Shown: positions 13,631 through 25,203 of the stretch, one piece after another
Layout: each line of letters opens with the position of its first letter
How positions within the stretch are numbered: the first letter of the stretch is position 1
DNA from: Tubiluchus corallicola
Taxonomy: Eukaryota > Animalia > Priapulida
Length of the DNA: 64,000 bases
Assembly: GCA_030141605.1 (NCBI GenBank)
Contig: JAQGDQ010000084.1
Coordinates: forward strand, 620,001 to 684,000
Direction of reading: 5' to 3'
Notes under the pieces: generated by a model
What the model saw: only the letters and a program-made list of their open reading frames with translations
The model's database searches: none
Told to the model about the DNA's origin: nothing
Made by a program: the position numbers and the translations under genes

Positions 13631-14502
13631 GATGTAGTTCAAATCATTACTTACCCTGAAAAAGTAACATAATGAAATGACAATAACTGTTAACAGTAAC
13701 TTACCACAAGCAAATAGTGAAGCGAGAAATTGCTACCCCAAACAAATGTTTAAGTTTATTCTTGAAGGTATAAATGTTTTGGTCCATTACCCCTTCCCAA
13801 GGTATTATATGCATTAGAAACCACAATATGTTAGATTGTAATATAACAAGCTAGACTACTTTTCTACTGTTACATTGTACAGGCAAAACTTGTTATGTAT
13901 ACACATCTCTGTTATGTTTAAAATTTAACCTGTGATCAGGCTGCAACTGGCTACCTTTTGCTGACATTCTTGAATTTCTGGACTCAATATTGGACCTACA
14001 ATGTATGTATACATTCTAGTTTTCTTGTCTAGTGTAGTACTCTGTAAAATGTATAGTTCTAGTACATATTTCAATAGTTTGCAGAAATAATAGTTGTAGG
14101 TAACCAGTAAAAATGTTGTAGGCAAGAGCAAATTTGTATTTTTGCAGAATAAACAACTTAGCTATAGAAACGCAATACTGATTTGAGCAAGTACATTATA
14201 TTTATCAATCGCAGAGTTTTAAAAAATGAAGGTATTGCTGTTCAAAAGAAATGGTCAAATACACCCCTGATTGTCTACATTAATTTTTGGCAGATGCCAC
14301 AGCCTTGGGTTCAAGACTATAATTATAATATATACCGTACCACACCCACATGCAGATTTAAATACCTCACATGCAAAACAGATTTTTTTGCATAGACATA
14401 TTTATACAAAAAAATCTCTTCTGCATATAAGGTATATATATTGATACAGTATTAAGACGCTGTTTATTAGACTCACGCTTAATAGAATCAGTCGCCTAAT
14501 TG

Positions 14503-15076
14503 ACTATAAAAACACCTGGCATGGGTGGTTTCACTAAAAACACCTGGCATGGGTGGTTTCACTAAAAACATCTGGCATGGGTGGTTTCACTAAAACCATC
14601 TGGCATGGGTGGTTTCACTAAAAACACCTGGCATGGGTGGTTTCACTAAAAACATCTGGCATGGGTAGTTTCACTAAAAACATCTGGCATAGGTCGTTTC
14701 ACTAAAAACATCTGGCATAGGTCGTTTCACTAAAAACATCTGGCATGGGTGGTTTCACTAAAACGATCTGGCATGGGTGGTTTCACTAAAACCAACTGGC
14801 ATAGGGGGTTTCACTAAAACATCTGGCATGGGTCCTTTCACTAAAACCATTTGGCATGGGTGGTTTCACTAAAAACATCTGGCATGGGTGGTTTCACTAA
14901 AAACATCTGGCATGGGTGGTTTCACTAAAAACATCTGGCATGGGTCCTTTCACTAAAACCATTTGGCATGAGTGGTTTCACTAAAAACATCTGGCATGCG
15001 TTGTTTCAGTAAAAACATCTGGCATGGGTGGTTTCACTAAAAACATTTGGCCTGGGTGGTTTCACTAAAAACATCT
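14503..15076. repeat. 28-bp minisatellite, ~20 copies, inside a MITE starting at 14447
   Basis: Unit ACTAAAAACATCTGGCATGGGTGGTTTC with a 28-bp period (14521 to 14549 and onward). Confidence 0.95.
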
Positions 15077-16067
15077 ATTCAAATGTATATAGAAATCATT
15101 GGCAATTAGCTCAAACAACTCTGCACAACTGATTTGATATTCTTGCTTCACATACTAAAATAAAACACCTGTGTACGCTCATGGAGTTTTTGTGACTTTT
15201 ACATCGTCTTTGTTTACTTTTCTATACTATAATCTGCGCATAGAAATAAACGTTAGTGCCTTTTTGTTGGTAAGCAGGTATGTTTATTACGTGCTAATAT
15301 GCTAACGTAGCAGTAACTTTTTGTAACTTTTAGTTTAAAGAAACAGACTTGTAAGATTTAGATAAGATACAAGACGTATTTATTTCACACATATGATAGA
15401 ATACAAATTAGCCACTAATAAAACTATTTTTTCTAGAAGAAAATGTGTGAGGGCAGCGTACGACAATAACAGTCCTAAAAAGCACTGCCCTTATATATTG
15501 CTCATTTATAGAATTTAGTTTTGGTGGCTCGGCTCTACGTAAAACAGGTCGTCATTAGAAAAATAATATTAGTATATTTTTATAGGCCTATTATATAATT
15601 CAAATGCATGTTAATCGATATGAATAATTATTGGAATAAGACACATGACAATGATGGGCAAGTAGAATCACGTCTCCAGATCAGTAAACTCAATCACAAA
15701 GGTGTCACAAAACTAAGGTATGAAACAAAACTAATCTTCAATGTATTACTGCTCGAAATAAATAGTTCGGTTTAATTTCGGGTATTGATGAGAATGAAAT
15801 GTAAGTAATAGTTACTTGTATTATATTTATACTTAGAAAAGTATCATTTTTCATTTTCTTTTTTTATTATTTCACTTATATAAATTAACATTTTTTAATA
15901 ACTGCATTGGAATTTAGGCATTACTTTGTCACTAAAATTCATTAAAAGCCTATTTTATATGAGCAACTACCGGTACTGTGCCATCATCGTTGCTGCAGTT
16001 AAATTATTGGCAATCAACATATAATATTCGAACTTACTCACGACATTCTGTAATCGTGATGCAGATA

Positions 16068-16539
16068 CAGTTAACCTTGGGTATAAGGTACTTGCTTATA
16101 AGGGACAACCAACACCGGCCCCGACTTTTCGTAATGTTTTTCCTATGTAAAAATTTTCGTATATAAGGTACTCGGATATAAGGGACTTTCAGTTATAAGG
16201 GACGATATCTTCAGGTCCCGCGTAATAAAAACCCAGGTAAATTACCTTGCATATAAGGGACTCTATGATCAAAGGAAATTGATCAATTTTTAACCTCAAT
16301 TTTTCGCAAACTCGGCCTCCGAACAGCTCGGTTTCCATGGTCACACACATCTAGCATCACTGAAGGAGCTTCCTACATACCGTTTGCACTGAATGTGTAG
16401 CAACAATCCATAAAAACATGGGTAAAAGTACAGGTCTAGATACACCCTCAGTCTGACTCAACTTTGGCTATAGGGGATATCGGATATAATGGTCAAGTTT
16501 TTTCTGTCCCGAGGTGTCCCTTATATTCGAGGTTGGCTG
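16068..16539 (+). mobile_element. pogo/Tigger-like MITE family A, copy 1
   Basis: TA-flanked. TIRs are CAGTTAACCTTGGGTATAAGG / CCTTATATTCGAGGTTGGCTG, with internal TATAAGGGAC repeats. Homologous to 18625-19107 and 38961-39259. Confidence 0.85.
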
Positions 16540-17564
16540 TATGTCCTAGATACAAGAGACACATTTCTGGGACGTTTAGGGACAACTAATCACTTAAATA
16601 GGTCTGTCTTGGTAATTAGGTCTAACATTTATAATTTTCATCAAATTTACTTCAAGAATAATGGTGGAATTAACATACCACAAAGGAAGGAAATGTGAAA
16701 TATGGGACCAAGCCTGAATCTAAATCAACCTGAAAGCACGCTAGCATCTGCCATTTAATAAATAACAATTTTTTAATATAGCACAGCTAGTGACCATAGA
16801 CACCCATTGAAAAGGATTATTCAGATCAGTGGTTATGTGATAAGCCGTCCTCCTCTAGGTTTCTTCTCAGTTATTAGTACTTGATGTAATGCTGTAGTAA
16901 GTGGAGAATTCCATGGTACTCTAAAGACGTCCAATCTATCTATACCCATATCTATACGACGCGTCTGTATGGCACCAATGCATTCTTTCTTGTTCGTAAA
17001 ATTGTATAGCATCTAATTTGAAATTATCTCTGGCCAATATATACACGTTTTTCTATACAGACGCCTTTGGAAGGCGTCGAAACCCCTTCCTTGGGCAACT
17101 TTGACTGTCCACAATTTAGAATTATACAACTACAACTTACAAGTTCTGCAAAATGATGATAAAATATGTGGTTTAGTTTCTGTTGTGAGATTCGGATTTT
17201 CGAAGATGCTTATAAGCTGGTAATATGCAGCCAAAGCTAATATTTGGCACTTTCAGTCAATACTAAGCTGACCAGATTCAGATATTTCATACAGATATTT
17301 ACAGGTGACAACTGAACTGACCACCGATACCGGTTACTACCAATAACGGCTACCTTCACTTCCAGGCGTTTTATCATATTTGGTTTTATTGCCTTATAAG
17401 TTATGGCCACAGCCACACGAGCCTTCACAATCATTGGAATTTGAAAGTGACACTGACTGTACTAAAGTAATAATCAGCACTAAGGTAGCAATATTATATG
17501 ACAACATAATATTTCTACATTTTTTCAGCCATGCCATCCAATGGCAGACCAATGCAGCAGCAAT

Positions 17565-17755
17565 AAAGTGGCGTTCACCTAGCATCCGGATGCGTTTTCA
17601 ACCTGCGGAATAACCTACGAAAAAAATCAATTGGAACAGCTGCGGAAAAAGAATAACGCACACACAGGGTGCATTGAAGACAATATAAACCAACTTTTAT
17701 CTACTCCGCACCCCCAAAATGCATACGCATCTGAATGCTACATAAACGCCACTAT
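17565..17755. mobile_element. Short palindromic MITE (Harbinger-like ends)
   Basis: AGTGGCGTTCACCTAGCATCCGGATGCG pairs imperfectly with CGCATCTGAATGCTACATAAACGCCACT. Confidence 0.5.
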
Positions 17756-18624
17756 ACATAATCCAATATGGACAACTCTTCCTGTGAATCATCAAGACTC
17801 TCTTCAGTAGTTAACTTGCTGACAATTCTCTGGTTTTGGGATGGTACCTATAGCAGCTGTCTTTAGTCTTCAACAGTTTGAGGTTGAGGACACATTTAAT
17901 TCGTCTAAGTTCAAAGCCCACTATATGATTTAGGACTTCTGAGCCCCCGCTAAAACTAATCCTGTACAGCAGATGCCTTGTATGTGTGTACTTGATTTGT
18001 GAAAATAAACATACAGCTGAGAAGTAGCCATGACCGATGACTAAACAGCAATTTTGACCTTTTCTAATACTTAATACCAATGGCACCTAATTAAATGTCA
18101 TGGATTGCCCCAAATGCCTTTCCTTCTATCTTAAAGATGTTGCATGAACTGCTAGACAGTCTACGAGAAATGCAAATGCACTGGATGGACTAACCTGCAG
18201 CTGGAGATCATTTTCGCCTGATTTGTACAATCGAAACATGTTTCACGGTGCCCCAGTCATTAATTCAGTAATCCTTTAATCTCAATACTCTATATGGCTT
18301 GCTTTTGTCTGCTAACAACTGTACAGGACTGCAGATCTCGATCAAATTATATACAGTGACAAATTAAATTTTGTATTCCGATTATAAAAATCACGCACTG
18401 ATGCTTACAGAACGACCAAAATCTTAAAAAATACCAGACAACCAGACCCAAGATAATCATCAGTTAGCAGCAAATTAGCAGGGTAATGAAGAATCAAGCA
18501 TTATCATGTGCGTTTATACCACATGTATGCAAACCACAAAGCATTCAAAGACTAAAAGAGGCATACTAACTCCCGCACAGCTGAACAAGCTAAACGTAAC
18601 TTTAATGGCATATTTTTTGGTATA

Positions 18625-19107
18625 CAGTCAACCTCGGATATAAGGGACACCTCAGGACCAGAAAAAACAGTCCCTTATATCCGATGTCCGTCATAGCTGA
18701 AGTTGAGTCAGACTGAGGGTGTACCTAGACCTGTACTTTTACCCATATTTTTATGGATTATTGCTACACATTCAGTGCAAACGGTATGTAGGAAGCTCCT
18801 TCAGTGATGTGAGATGTATGTGACTGCGGAAACTAAGCTGTTTGAAGGTCGAGTTTGCGGAAAATTGAGGTTAAAAATTGATCAATTTCGCTTTGATAAT
18901 AGAGTACCTTATATGAGAGGTAATTTACTTGGATTTCTATTACGCAGGACCAGAAGATATCGTCCCTTATAACCGAAAGTCTCTTATATCCGAGTACCTG
19001 ATATGCGAAGATTTTTACGTAGGAAAAACATTACGAAAAATCGGGACTGGTGCTGGTGGTCCCTTGTAAGTGAGTACCTTATTATCTTATATAACCGAGG
19101 TTTACTG
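18625..19107 (-). mobile_element. pogo/Tigger-like MITE family A, copy 2 (inverted relative to copy 1)
   Basis: TA-flanked, CAGTCAACCTCGGATATAAGGG ... ATAACCGAGGTTTACTG. The body is the reverse complement of 16068-16539. Confidence 0.85.
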
Positions 19108-20020
19108 TAGTTAATTAAACTAATATACAAACTGTGGCTTAATGATAGTAAGAAAAGTTAAGAAAACAAATAAATCTAACAGCATAATTTATGATGATAC
19201 AGCATAGATTAAATTAAAATTTATTAGCACTTTTATTCATTACGTACAACAGTACATGCTCCAAGCCAAAAACTGACTTTTTACAAGATCCACAAAGAAA
19301 ATAAAGCATTCTAACTACAAGGCTGGTAAATTAAACTTCATATTAATATTTAGTATAATAGTAGCAATAACTTATTTTACAATATAATAAACCACAACCT
19401 AGCCTTAAAATACCTGTACAATAACACAACGAAATGTCTGACATCTTAGTGGAATACAAGCAGAAACGGTCAGTATTGTCAATTTCCTGTCATAAGCTGA
19501 CAGCATAACAATCTATACAACTGAAAGCTGTTACAACCATTAAAATTCCATGCTTGTGTACTATAAAATCATTAAATAAGAATTGTAGACGACAACATAG
19601 ATGAAGATTCCAACAGTGAAAGAGGAAAGTACAGCACACTACTTACAATAGTATCATTCTAACGAACTTAACTTAGACAATTTTCCATTGAAGAACGAAA
19701 AATGGTTTCACATTCTGCAAATGAAGTTTAAATATAAAAATAAAAATGTCATACAAGTACTCATTCCACATATGGTAAACTTACATTAAAACAATTTAAT
19801 CACAGGCATCTGTAAGCAGATTTTATGCAAAGCTAAAAATTAAACATGAATCTTTTCAAGACATGTTTTGTATAACTGAAACAAAGACGAACCTGAAAAA
19901 CATCATCTCATGAACAAAGGTGTTTACTGATGTTCCACAGCTGCACCATGTGCTAATCTAGCAATATGTACGTTTGTACATTTTCGTTGACTTGAAACCT
20001 CAAAATGAGAGTCATACATA

Positions 20021-20555
20021 CAAGGTGGTACATAAACTAGGGAGTACCCTTTCATAGGGGGTACAGAAGTAATTAGTAAAAGAACAGAAAGAATGTTTAC
20101 ATCAAAGTATTCCTAAAATAATTGTGAATCCATCATGCGCTCAAAAATTAGTGTGCAAGTTATGGCACAACCTCCAACTTCGAGGGCTACAATCAGAGCA
20201 GTGACTCGCTGAACTCATGCAGACATCTCACAATTTTGCCTCTTGAATGCCTCTCAATGGCACGTTCCTGGATCATCTATGTATCATCTGTGTTTTTCAG
20301 GATAGCTCTAATGTGTTTTGTGGCTGAAATCTGGTGAATTCTCAAGCCATTCAGTTCAGTTGAAAAAAATTTGCAGCTTCGATCATACCGTTCAAGACTA
20401 CAGGCTGCGTGAGAGCCCCACAAGGTTCTCGCACTAAATTTTTAGGGTACCAATAGTTTCGCTATTGTTTCAGGAATACTTTGATGTAATGAACTAGTCT
20501 CAACTATTATTCGTTACACTTGAACCCCTCTAACAAAAGGTTGTGTACTACCCTG
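20021..20555. mobile_element. Tc1/mariner-like MITE in the presumed Patronin 3' UTR
   Basis: TA|CAAGGTGGTACA ... TGTACTACCCTG|TA termini. It also has a perfect internal 18-bp inverted pair, TTACATCAAAGTATTCCT (20097-20114) / AGGAATACTTTGATGTAA (20472-20489). Confidence 0.7.
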
Positions 20556-20661
20556 TACATATTAATCAACGAATGTGCCTTGTTAATAAGATTATAAGTG
20601 AAATTAGTGAAAACTACTATAAGGTAATATTACACTATGATTATGCTCAAAAATTAGAATA

Positions 20662-23600
20662 TTACTTCCTTCTTGTATTGGAAATAGCAGTCTGTTTTTT
20701 ACTACTCTGCCAGAACTTGTCATGTATAGTGAATGCATCGATAGTGGCTGACAGATGTTTAGATGGTATGGCTGTAAAGTGTTTAGCTCCCGAATCATAC
20801 TTGTAGAAGGAATGACACATTTTGTGGGTTATTGTTTTCGGTCCGGTGCCACAAAGTTTTGTAATTAAATCACTTTCCGGATCATATGAATACAACGCAC
20901 GAAACTGACAACCATTATCACGAAATAAGACTAAGAAGTGATTACTTTCAGACAGAGAAAGAGCATCTAAAACCCTTTTTTTCAAATCTTCATTAACAGT
21001 GCCAGCTAAGCAACGATAGTTAATGGCATTCATTACAATGCCGCGGTTAGACTTTGCACTTGGCTTTACAAATAGCTTAGGACCTGCATAGACCTCACTA
21101 GCATTAGACGATTCTGACATCTGATCAGATGCTTTACTGCTAAATCTGTCAAAAGCCTGAGCAGCAGATGGAGGAGATCCTCGTCCTCTTGGACTAGGTT
21201 CTCGTCGACGTGTTGAATAAATGTAATCACCATTGCCTTCATCTTCCTCAACGGTTTCTTCTTGAAACATGGATTTTGGTCGAAAATTGGGAGAAGTATT
21301 CAGTTGTCCAGGGGAATTTTCTTGAAGCAGTGATTTTGGTCGATTAGCTTTTGGCTTTTGCTTTAATTTAACTGGGGGAGAATCTCCTGCGGCACCTCCT
21401 TGCTCGTTAAGCTGTGCCTCCAACTTCCTCCTCTGATAATCTTCCCAGATAAGCTGTCTTCTAATTTTTTCTTCCTCTTTCTTTCTTTCTGCTTCTTCTT
21501 GTTTGAGTTGCAATTCTTCACGTCGTTTTGCATTTTCCATTTCTATCTGCAATCGCCTTTGTTCTTGCTTTTCCTTTCGTTTGAGAGCACTCAACATAAT
21601 CTTTTCCTTGCGTCTCATCATCTCTTCATCGTCTAATTTTTTATCTGATTCAGTTTGACCGAGTTCAAAAGCCACACCAGGAGCAGCTTCTACACGTTGA
21701 CTGGTGGTTTCTTCCACATTTGACATGGAGACAGAATCTTTGTTAGTTTGCTTTGACTCGGGTTTCTTTGCAGGTGGGGTACTGCCAGCAACAGAAGTGC
21801 GTAATTCAGTTTTTGTCTGGCTCATAGGTGATATATATTGGGGAGGTGGAGGCGGGGCATCTATATCAGCTGGCTCAGTTTCCTCTGGTGCCTTTTGCTC
21901 ACTAACAGCTTGCGAGGTTTTCTTACCATTTTTCTTTCCCTTGAGTTTTGGTTTACGTTTTCTTGGTGTTCCATCATCAAAGGAAATAACAAATCCTTGG
22001 TTATCGCCACCTGGTAACGGCCCAACATCACCAGTAATTTTACTAGTCTTCTCCTCAGCTCTATCAGTGTATGACATAACAGGTTCAGAACTACTACTGT
22101 AAGTACTCGATTCTAATGAGTGAGATTCTGCTGCACTCGTTTCTAAATTACTTAATTCCTTAGCCTGTTGCTCTTGGGTGTGAGAATGTTCTGGCGACTT
22201 CCTCTCTTGCTGCTGATCTGAGGCATATTGACTGTTATCAGTTTCTGCAGGTTGTCTTGCATCCATTTCAGCATTCTGAACTGCAGAGTCCGTGTGACCT
22301 GTACCACGGTAAGCCCTATCAGGAGACGCACGCAAATTTTCTTGGGAATGCCTTAGATTGTGCAGGTGTTCCTGCGATCCGCTATAGTGCTGAGGTGGTG
22401 AAGGTTGGAAACCATAAGGAGGATAAGGTTGCGGGTAAGGTGGATGAGGGTATCCATGTTGTGGATCGTAGTAGAGATTGTACTGACCATGATGATAAGG
22501 GCTAAAGTGTGGCATGCCATGCCCACTGTAAAGTTGCTGTTGAGGAACAGGATGAGACGGAAGTCCCTGATAATGTGGCGAATACTGAAACTGAGGATAA
22601 ATTTGAGGAGAACTATGTGAGTGAGGCGGAGCAAAACCAGGATGCATCACATATGCAGGTTGAGGTGGCATCATGGGCATGACAGGCTGAGCAGTTGACG
22701 GGGGGTGTTGCTGCATGGCAGTCTGCTGTGGCTGATGAAGAGTAGATGGTGTTCCAACAGGTGCTGCCAGTTCATGGGCAAGAGTTGCACTATCACGTGA
22801 ATCTGCCATTGCGACCTGTTCAAGTTGCGTTAGCTCGGACTGCAGTTCTTGCATTTTAGTTTCGTATTCGTGAAGCGTTTCACTTATTTGATCCTCGTTC
22901 ATTGCGTCCACTTTACCTTCGCCGTCAGTTGATTCACTCAGCCACCGTTGCCGTAGCTTATCCAGTATGTCTTCAATTTCACTTCTTGTCATTGGCCTTT
23001 TTGCTTTTGCAGATGTTTCTTCAACGTTATCATTTCTTGTAATCTTTGCACTCCCAGACTCTTCTAAAGGGGGCCTTATTTTAGCTTTGTCTAGTTTGTA
23101 TGTAGCATAATTAATATCAGACTTTGGTGGCGATTTTGCAAACACTCTATCACCTTCATCTTTGCTGTTTAAATCATTGGCTTTATGAACTCTAAAAGTG
23201 GCACTACGATCTACATAATTAGATTCTAAATCCTCATCCTTTTCCTGTATATCGTCTTTCCTGTCAGGTTTTCCCCCTTTCACGACCTGCATAAATGCTT
23301 GTTTTCCCATTCTTTGCCGATGCTTAGCTAAGTGTGCTTCCATTTGCTTTCGTTGGATTTCCATCTTCTTTCTTTTTTCCTCCAAGCGCATGCGGAGACT
23401 AGTTAATTCGGCATTGAGAGGTTTTGCATGATTAATAACTAAACTTGACCCATCTGGCTGTTTCTGCTGAGCACTTGCAGCCCACGTCGTCTGATTCGGC
23501 AATGCCGCGAATGTTGTCCGTTTCTTAGGAGAATCTTCTAGATTGGATTTTGGAGATCTTCTGTCGCTTTCCTTAACTGTTCCAGGATTGTGATGCATAT

Positions 23601-25203
23601 AAACGTCGCTATGTATTTCGCCATTTACCGGAGGCCTATCCTGAGATTTATTCAAATCCATAAAGTTATTTTGCGGACTTCTGCACAACGACAGATCAGC
23701 CTCCTGCGAATCGCTTTTCATACCAAATATATGGTCATCTATGACTGGAATCCCCGCCGCTCTTGCAGAGTTTGCTGTATGAAAAGAATCGTGAAGAGTG
23801 AAGCTCTTCCCAACTAAGCCAAGAGCATTTGCATTACCACTGCCTGGCTTTGTTAATCGCACGGGGTCTTCACCCCTTTCCATGTTTTTACTCTGCTTCA
23901 GCCTCTCCTTGTTCACTTTTAGCCTGGCAGGCATGAGAGGTTCGTTATCTAAGCTGGGAAGCTCTGGACCCGACGAAACGCTTTCCACCTCCATATCATC
24001 ACACTGTTTAGATACACGAGGGTGCTGCTGTTCCGTAAACAGCTTTGGCAACAAGCCATGCCTTTTTCGCTCTTGTGGGTCACACAAAGAGTCCGTGTCC
24101 ATTACGAACTTGGGCTTTCCAGGACTATGGGCTGCCCAAGTCTTCTTTCCTGGAGAAGATGAGATTTGCACAGGTTGACGAGCACGAGTAAACGAAGAAG
24201 AAAGACCAGAACTATGATGCTCTACCATTGCTGGGTGTTTTTCACGCACTGAATTAACAGGATTCACCTCTAAATGATAAAACAGTTCTGCAAGCAAAGC
24301 TTGAATGTTCAGGCGGCACACAGCTGGTGTATAAATCATATCTTCTAGTGCAAGCACAAATGGTTGGGAAGGGAAAAACTTCCGGCAAAAGTTTATGCAT
24401 AACTGAAGATTGTACAATGAATCACCCAAGCTCATGGGATGCTTAATATAAATATCACTAACGCGGAGATGTTCAGGACAATAGAAGCTAAGCAGTAAAG
24501 CAAAACACTGTCCATCACTTAAATCCTCTGCTAGGTTATTAAGTTTTGGCAAATTTACTTGACCTACTCTACACAATTCCAACCTGGCAGTGAAAAGCTC
24601 CATAACTTTATTTGCCCACAAAATTAATCCTTGTTCCCCAGGTTCTGGAGATTCTGAAGAACTAACGCCGAGGCATTTCAATGCGTATGCAATATGACTG
24701 CCGCTTGCCGCCTCGGTTATGAACGCCATCATAAGAGCATCAATCATAGCAATGTGAGCGCTGAGTTTCACAGGTGACGTCTGCAATAATGATGCTTCAG
24801 TTACCACTGCATCATTTCTTTCCATGGGACATATCCCCTTACGAGAAAGAAACTGTATTATAATAGACACAGGTTGTCCCTTAAAGTTTGGATCATGAAA
24901 AATGGATGCCGAAGCCAAACTGTATAACTCACCAGATGAGAGTTTGTTGACTATCGCTGGTTTCAAGTGGTGATCTTCTTTTTCTGACGTAAAATACAAA
25001 TGTCGAAAATTTTCAGGTATTTCTCCACCATACGCCTTCGTAATAAGCCATTTAATATTTGCTTTTTCTTTGGCTCTCACACGGTCATAATCATTCAACG
25101 GCACAATTTCTGGAACATCACCATACAACTTCTCAGCATCTAGTGCTGACGGAGGACGTTTTTTGTCCACTACTGCATTTTCGGTTTGCTTATTGTCTGC
25201 CAT
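20662..25203 (-). CDS. CAMSAP: CAMSAP/Patronin microtubule minus-end-binding protein, intronless, 1513 aa
   Basis: Single uninterrupted ORF. It has the CAMSAP N-terminus (VPLNDYDRVRAKEKANIKWLITKAYG), a CAMSAP CH domain (DLSDGQCFALLLSFYCPEHL...SLGDSLYNLQL), CC1 (LRMRLEEKRKKME...RQRMGKQAFMQVV), CC3 (EEEKIRRQLIWEDYQRRK) and a C-terminal CKK domain (GPKLFVKPSAKSNRGIVMNAI...HFLVLFRDNGCQFRALY...FYKYDSGAKHF). First ATG is at 25203 (ORF-track start 25212 is GTG). Candidate minus-strand AATAAA at 19220-19225 and 19232-19237. Confidence 0.96.
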   Translation of the reverse strand: MADNKQTENAVVDKKRPPSALDAEKLYGDVPEIVPLNDYDRVRAKEKANIKWLITKAYGGEIPENFRHLYFTSEKEDHHLKPAIVNKLSSGELYSLASASIFHDPNFKGQPVSIIIQFLSRKGICPMERNDAVVTEASLLQTSPVKLSAHIAMIDALMMAFITEAASGSHIAYALKCLGVSSSESPEPGEQGLILWANKVMELFTARLELCRVGQVNLPKLNNLAEDLSDGQCFALLLSFYCPEHLRVSDIYIKHPMSLGDSLYNLQLCINFCRKFFPSQPFVLALEDMIYTPAVCRLNIQALLAELFYHLEVNPVNSVREKHPAMVEHHSSGLSSSFTRARQPVQISSSPGKKTWAAHSPGKPKFVMDTDSLCDPQERKRHGLLPKLFTEQQHPRVSKQCDDMEVESVSSGPELPSLDNEPLMPARLKVNKERLKQSKNMERGEDPVRLTKPGSGNANALGLVGKSFTLHDSFHTANSARAAGIPVIDDHIFGMKSDSQEADLSLCRSPQNNFMDLNKSQDRPPVNGEIHSDVYMHHNPGTVKESDRRSPKSNLEDSPKKRTTFAALPNQTTWAASAQQKQPDGSSLVINHAKPLNAELTSLRMRLEEKRKKMEIQRKQMEAHLAKHRQRMGKQAFMQVVKGGKPDRKDDIQEKDEDLESNYVDRSATFRVHKANDLNSKDEGDRVFAKSPPKSDINYATYKLDKAKIRPPLEESGSAKITRNDNVEETSAKAKRPMTRSEIEDILDKLRQRWLSESTDGEGKVDAMNEDQISETLHEYETKMQELQSELTQLEQVAMADSRDSATLAHELAAPVGTPSTLHQPQQTAMQQHPPSTAQPVMPMMPPQPAYVMHPGFAPPHSHSSPQIYPQFQYSPHYQGLPSHPVPQQQLYSGHGMPHFSPYHHGQYNLYYDPQHGYPHPPYPQPYPPYGFQPSPPQHYSGSQEHLHNLRHSQENLRASPDRAYRGTGHTDSAVQNAEMDARQPAETDNSQYASDQQQERKSPEHSHTQEQQAKELSNLETSAAESHSLESSTYSSSSEPVMSYTDRAEEKTSKITGDVGPLPGGDNQGFVISFDDGTPRKRKPKLKGKKNGKKTSQAVSEQKAPEETEPADIDAPPPPPQYISPMSQTKTELRTSVAGSTPPAKKPESKQTNKDSVSMSNVEETTSQRVEAAPGVAFELGQTESDKKLDDEEMMRRKEKIMLSALKRKEKQEQRRLQIEMENAKRREELQLKQEEAERKKEEEKIRRQLIWEDYQRRKLEAQLNEQGGAAGDSPPVKLKQKPKANRPKSLLQENSPGQLNTSPNFRPKSMFQEETVEEDEGNGDYIYSTRRREPSPRGRGSPPSAAQAFDRFSSKASDQMSESSNASEVYAGPKLFVKPSAKSNRGIVMNAINYRCLAGTVNEDLKKRVLDALSLSESNHFLVLFRDNGCQFRALYSYDPESDLITKLCGTGPKTITHKMCHSFYKYDSGAKHFTAIPSKHLSATIDAFTIHDKFWQSSKKQTAISNTRRK

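Noticed and set aside
14503-15076. CRISPR-like appearance of the 28-bp repeats
   Set aside because: The units are directly adjacent with no unique spacers, there are no cas genes, and the context is eukaryotic.
21400-24178. Plus-strand ORFs antisense to Patronin
   Set aside because: These are shadow ORFs of a long coding sequence with no recognisable motifs.
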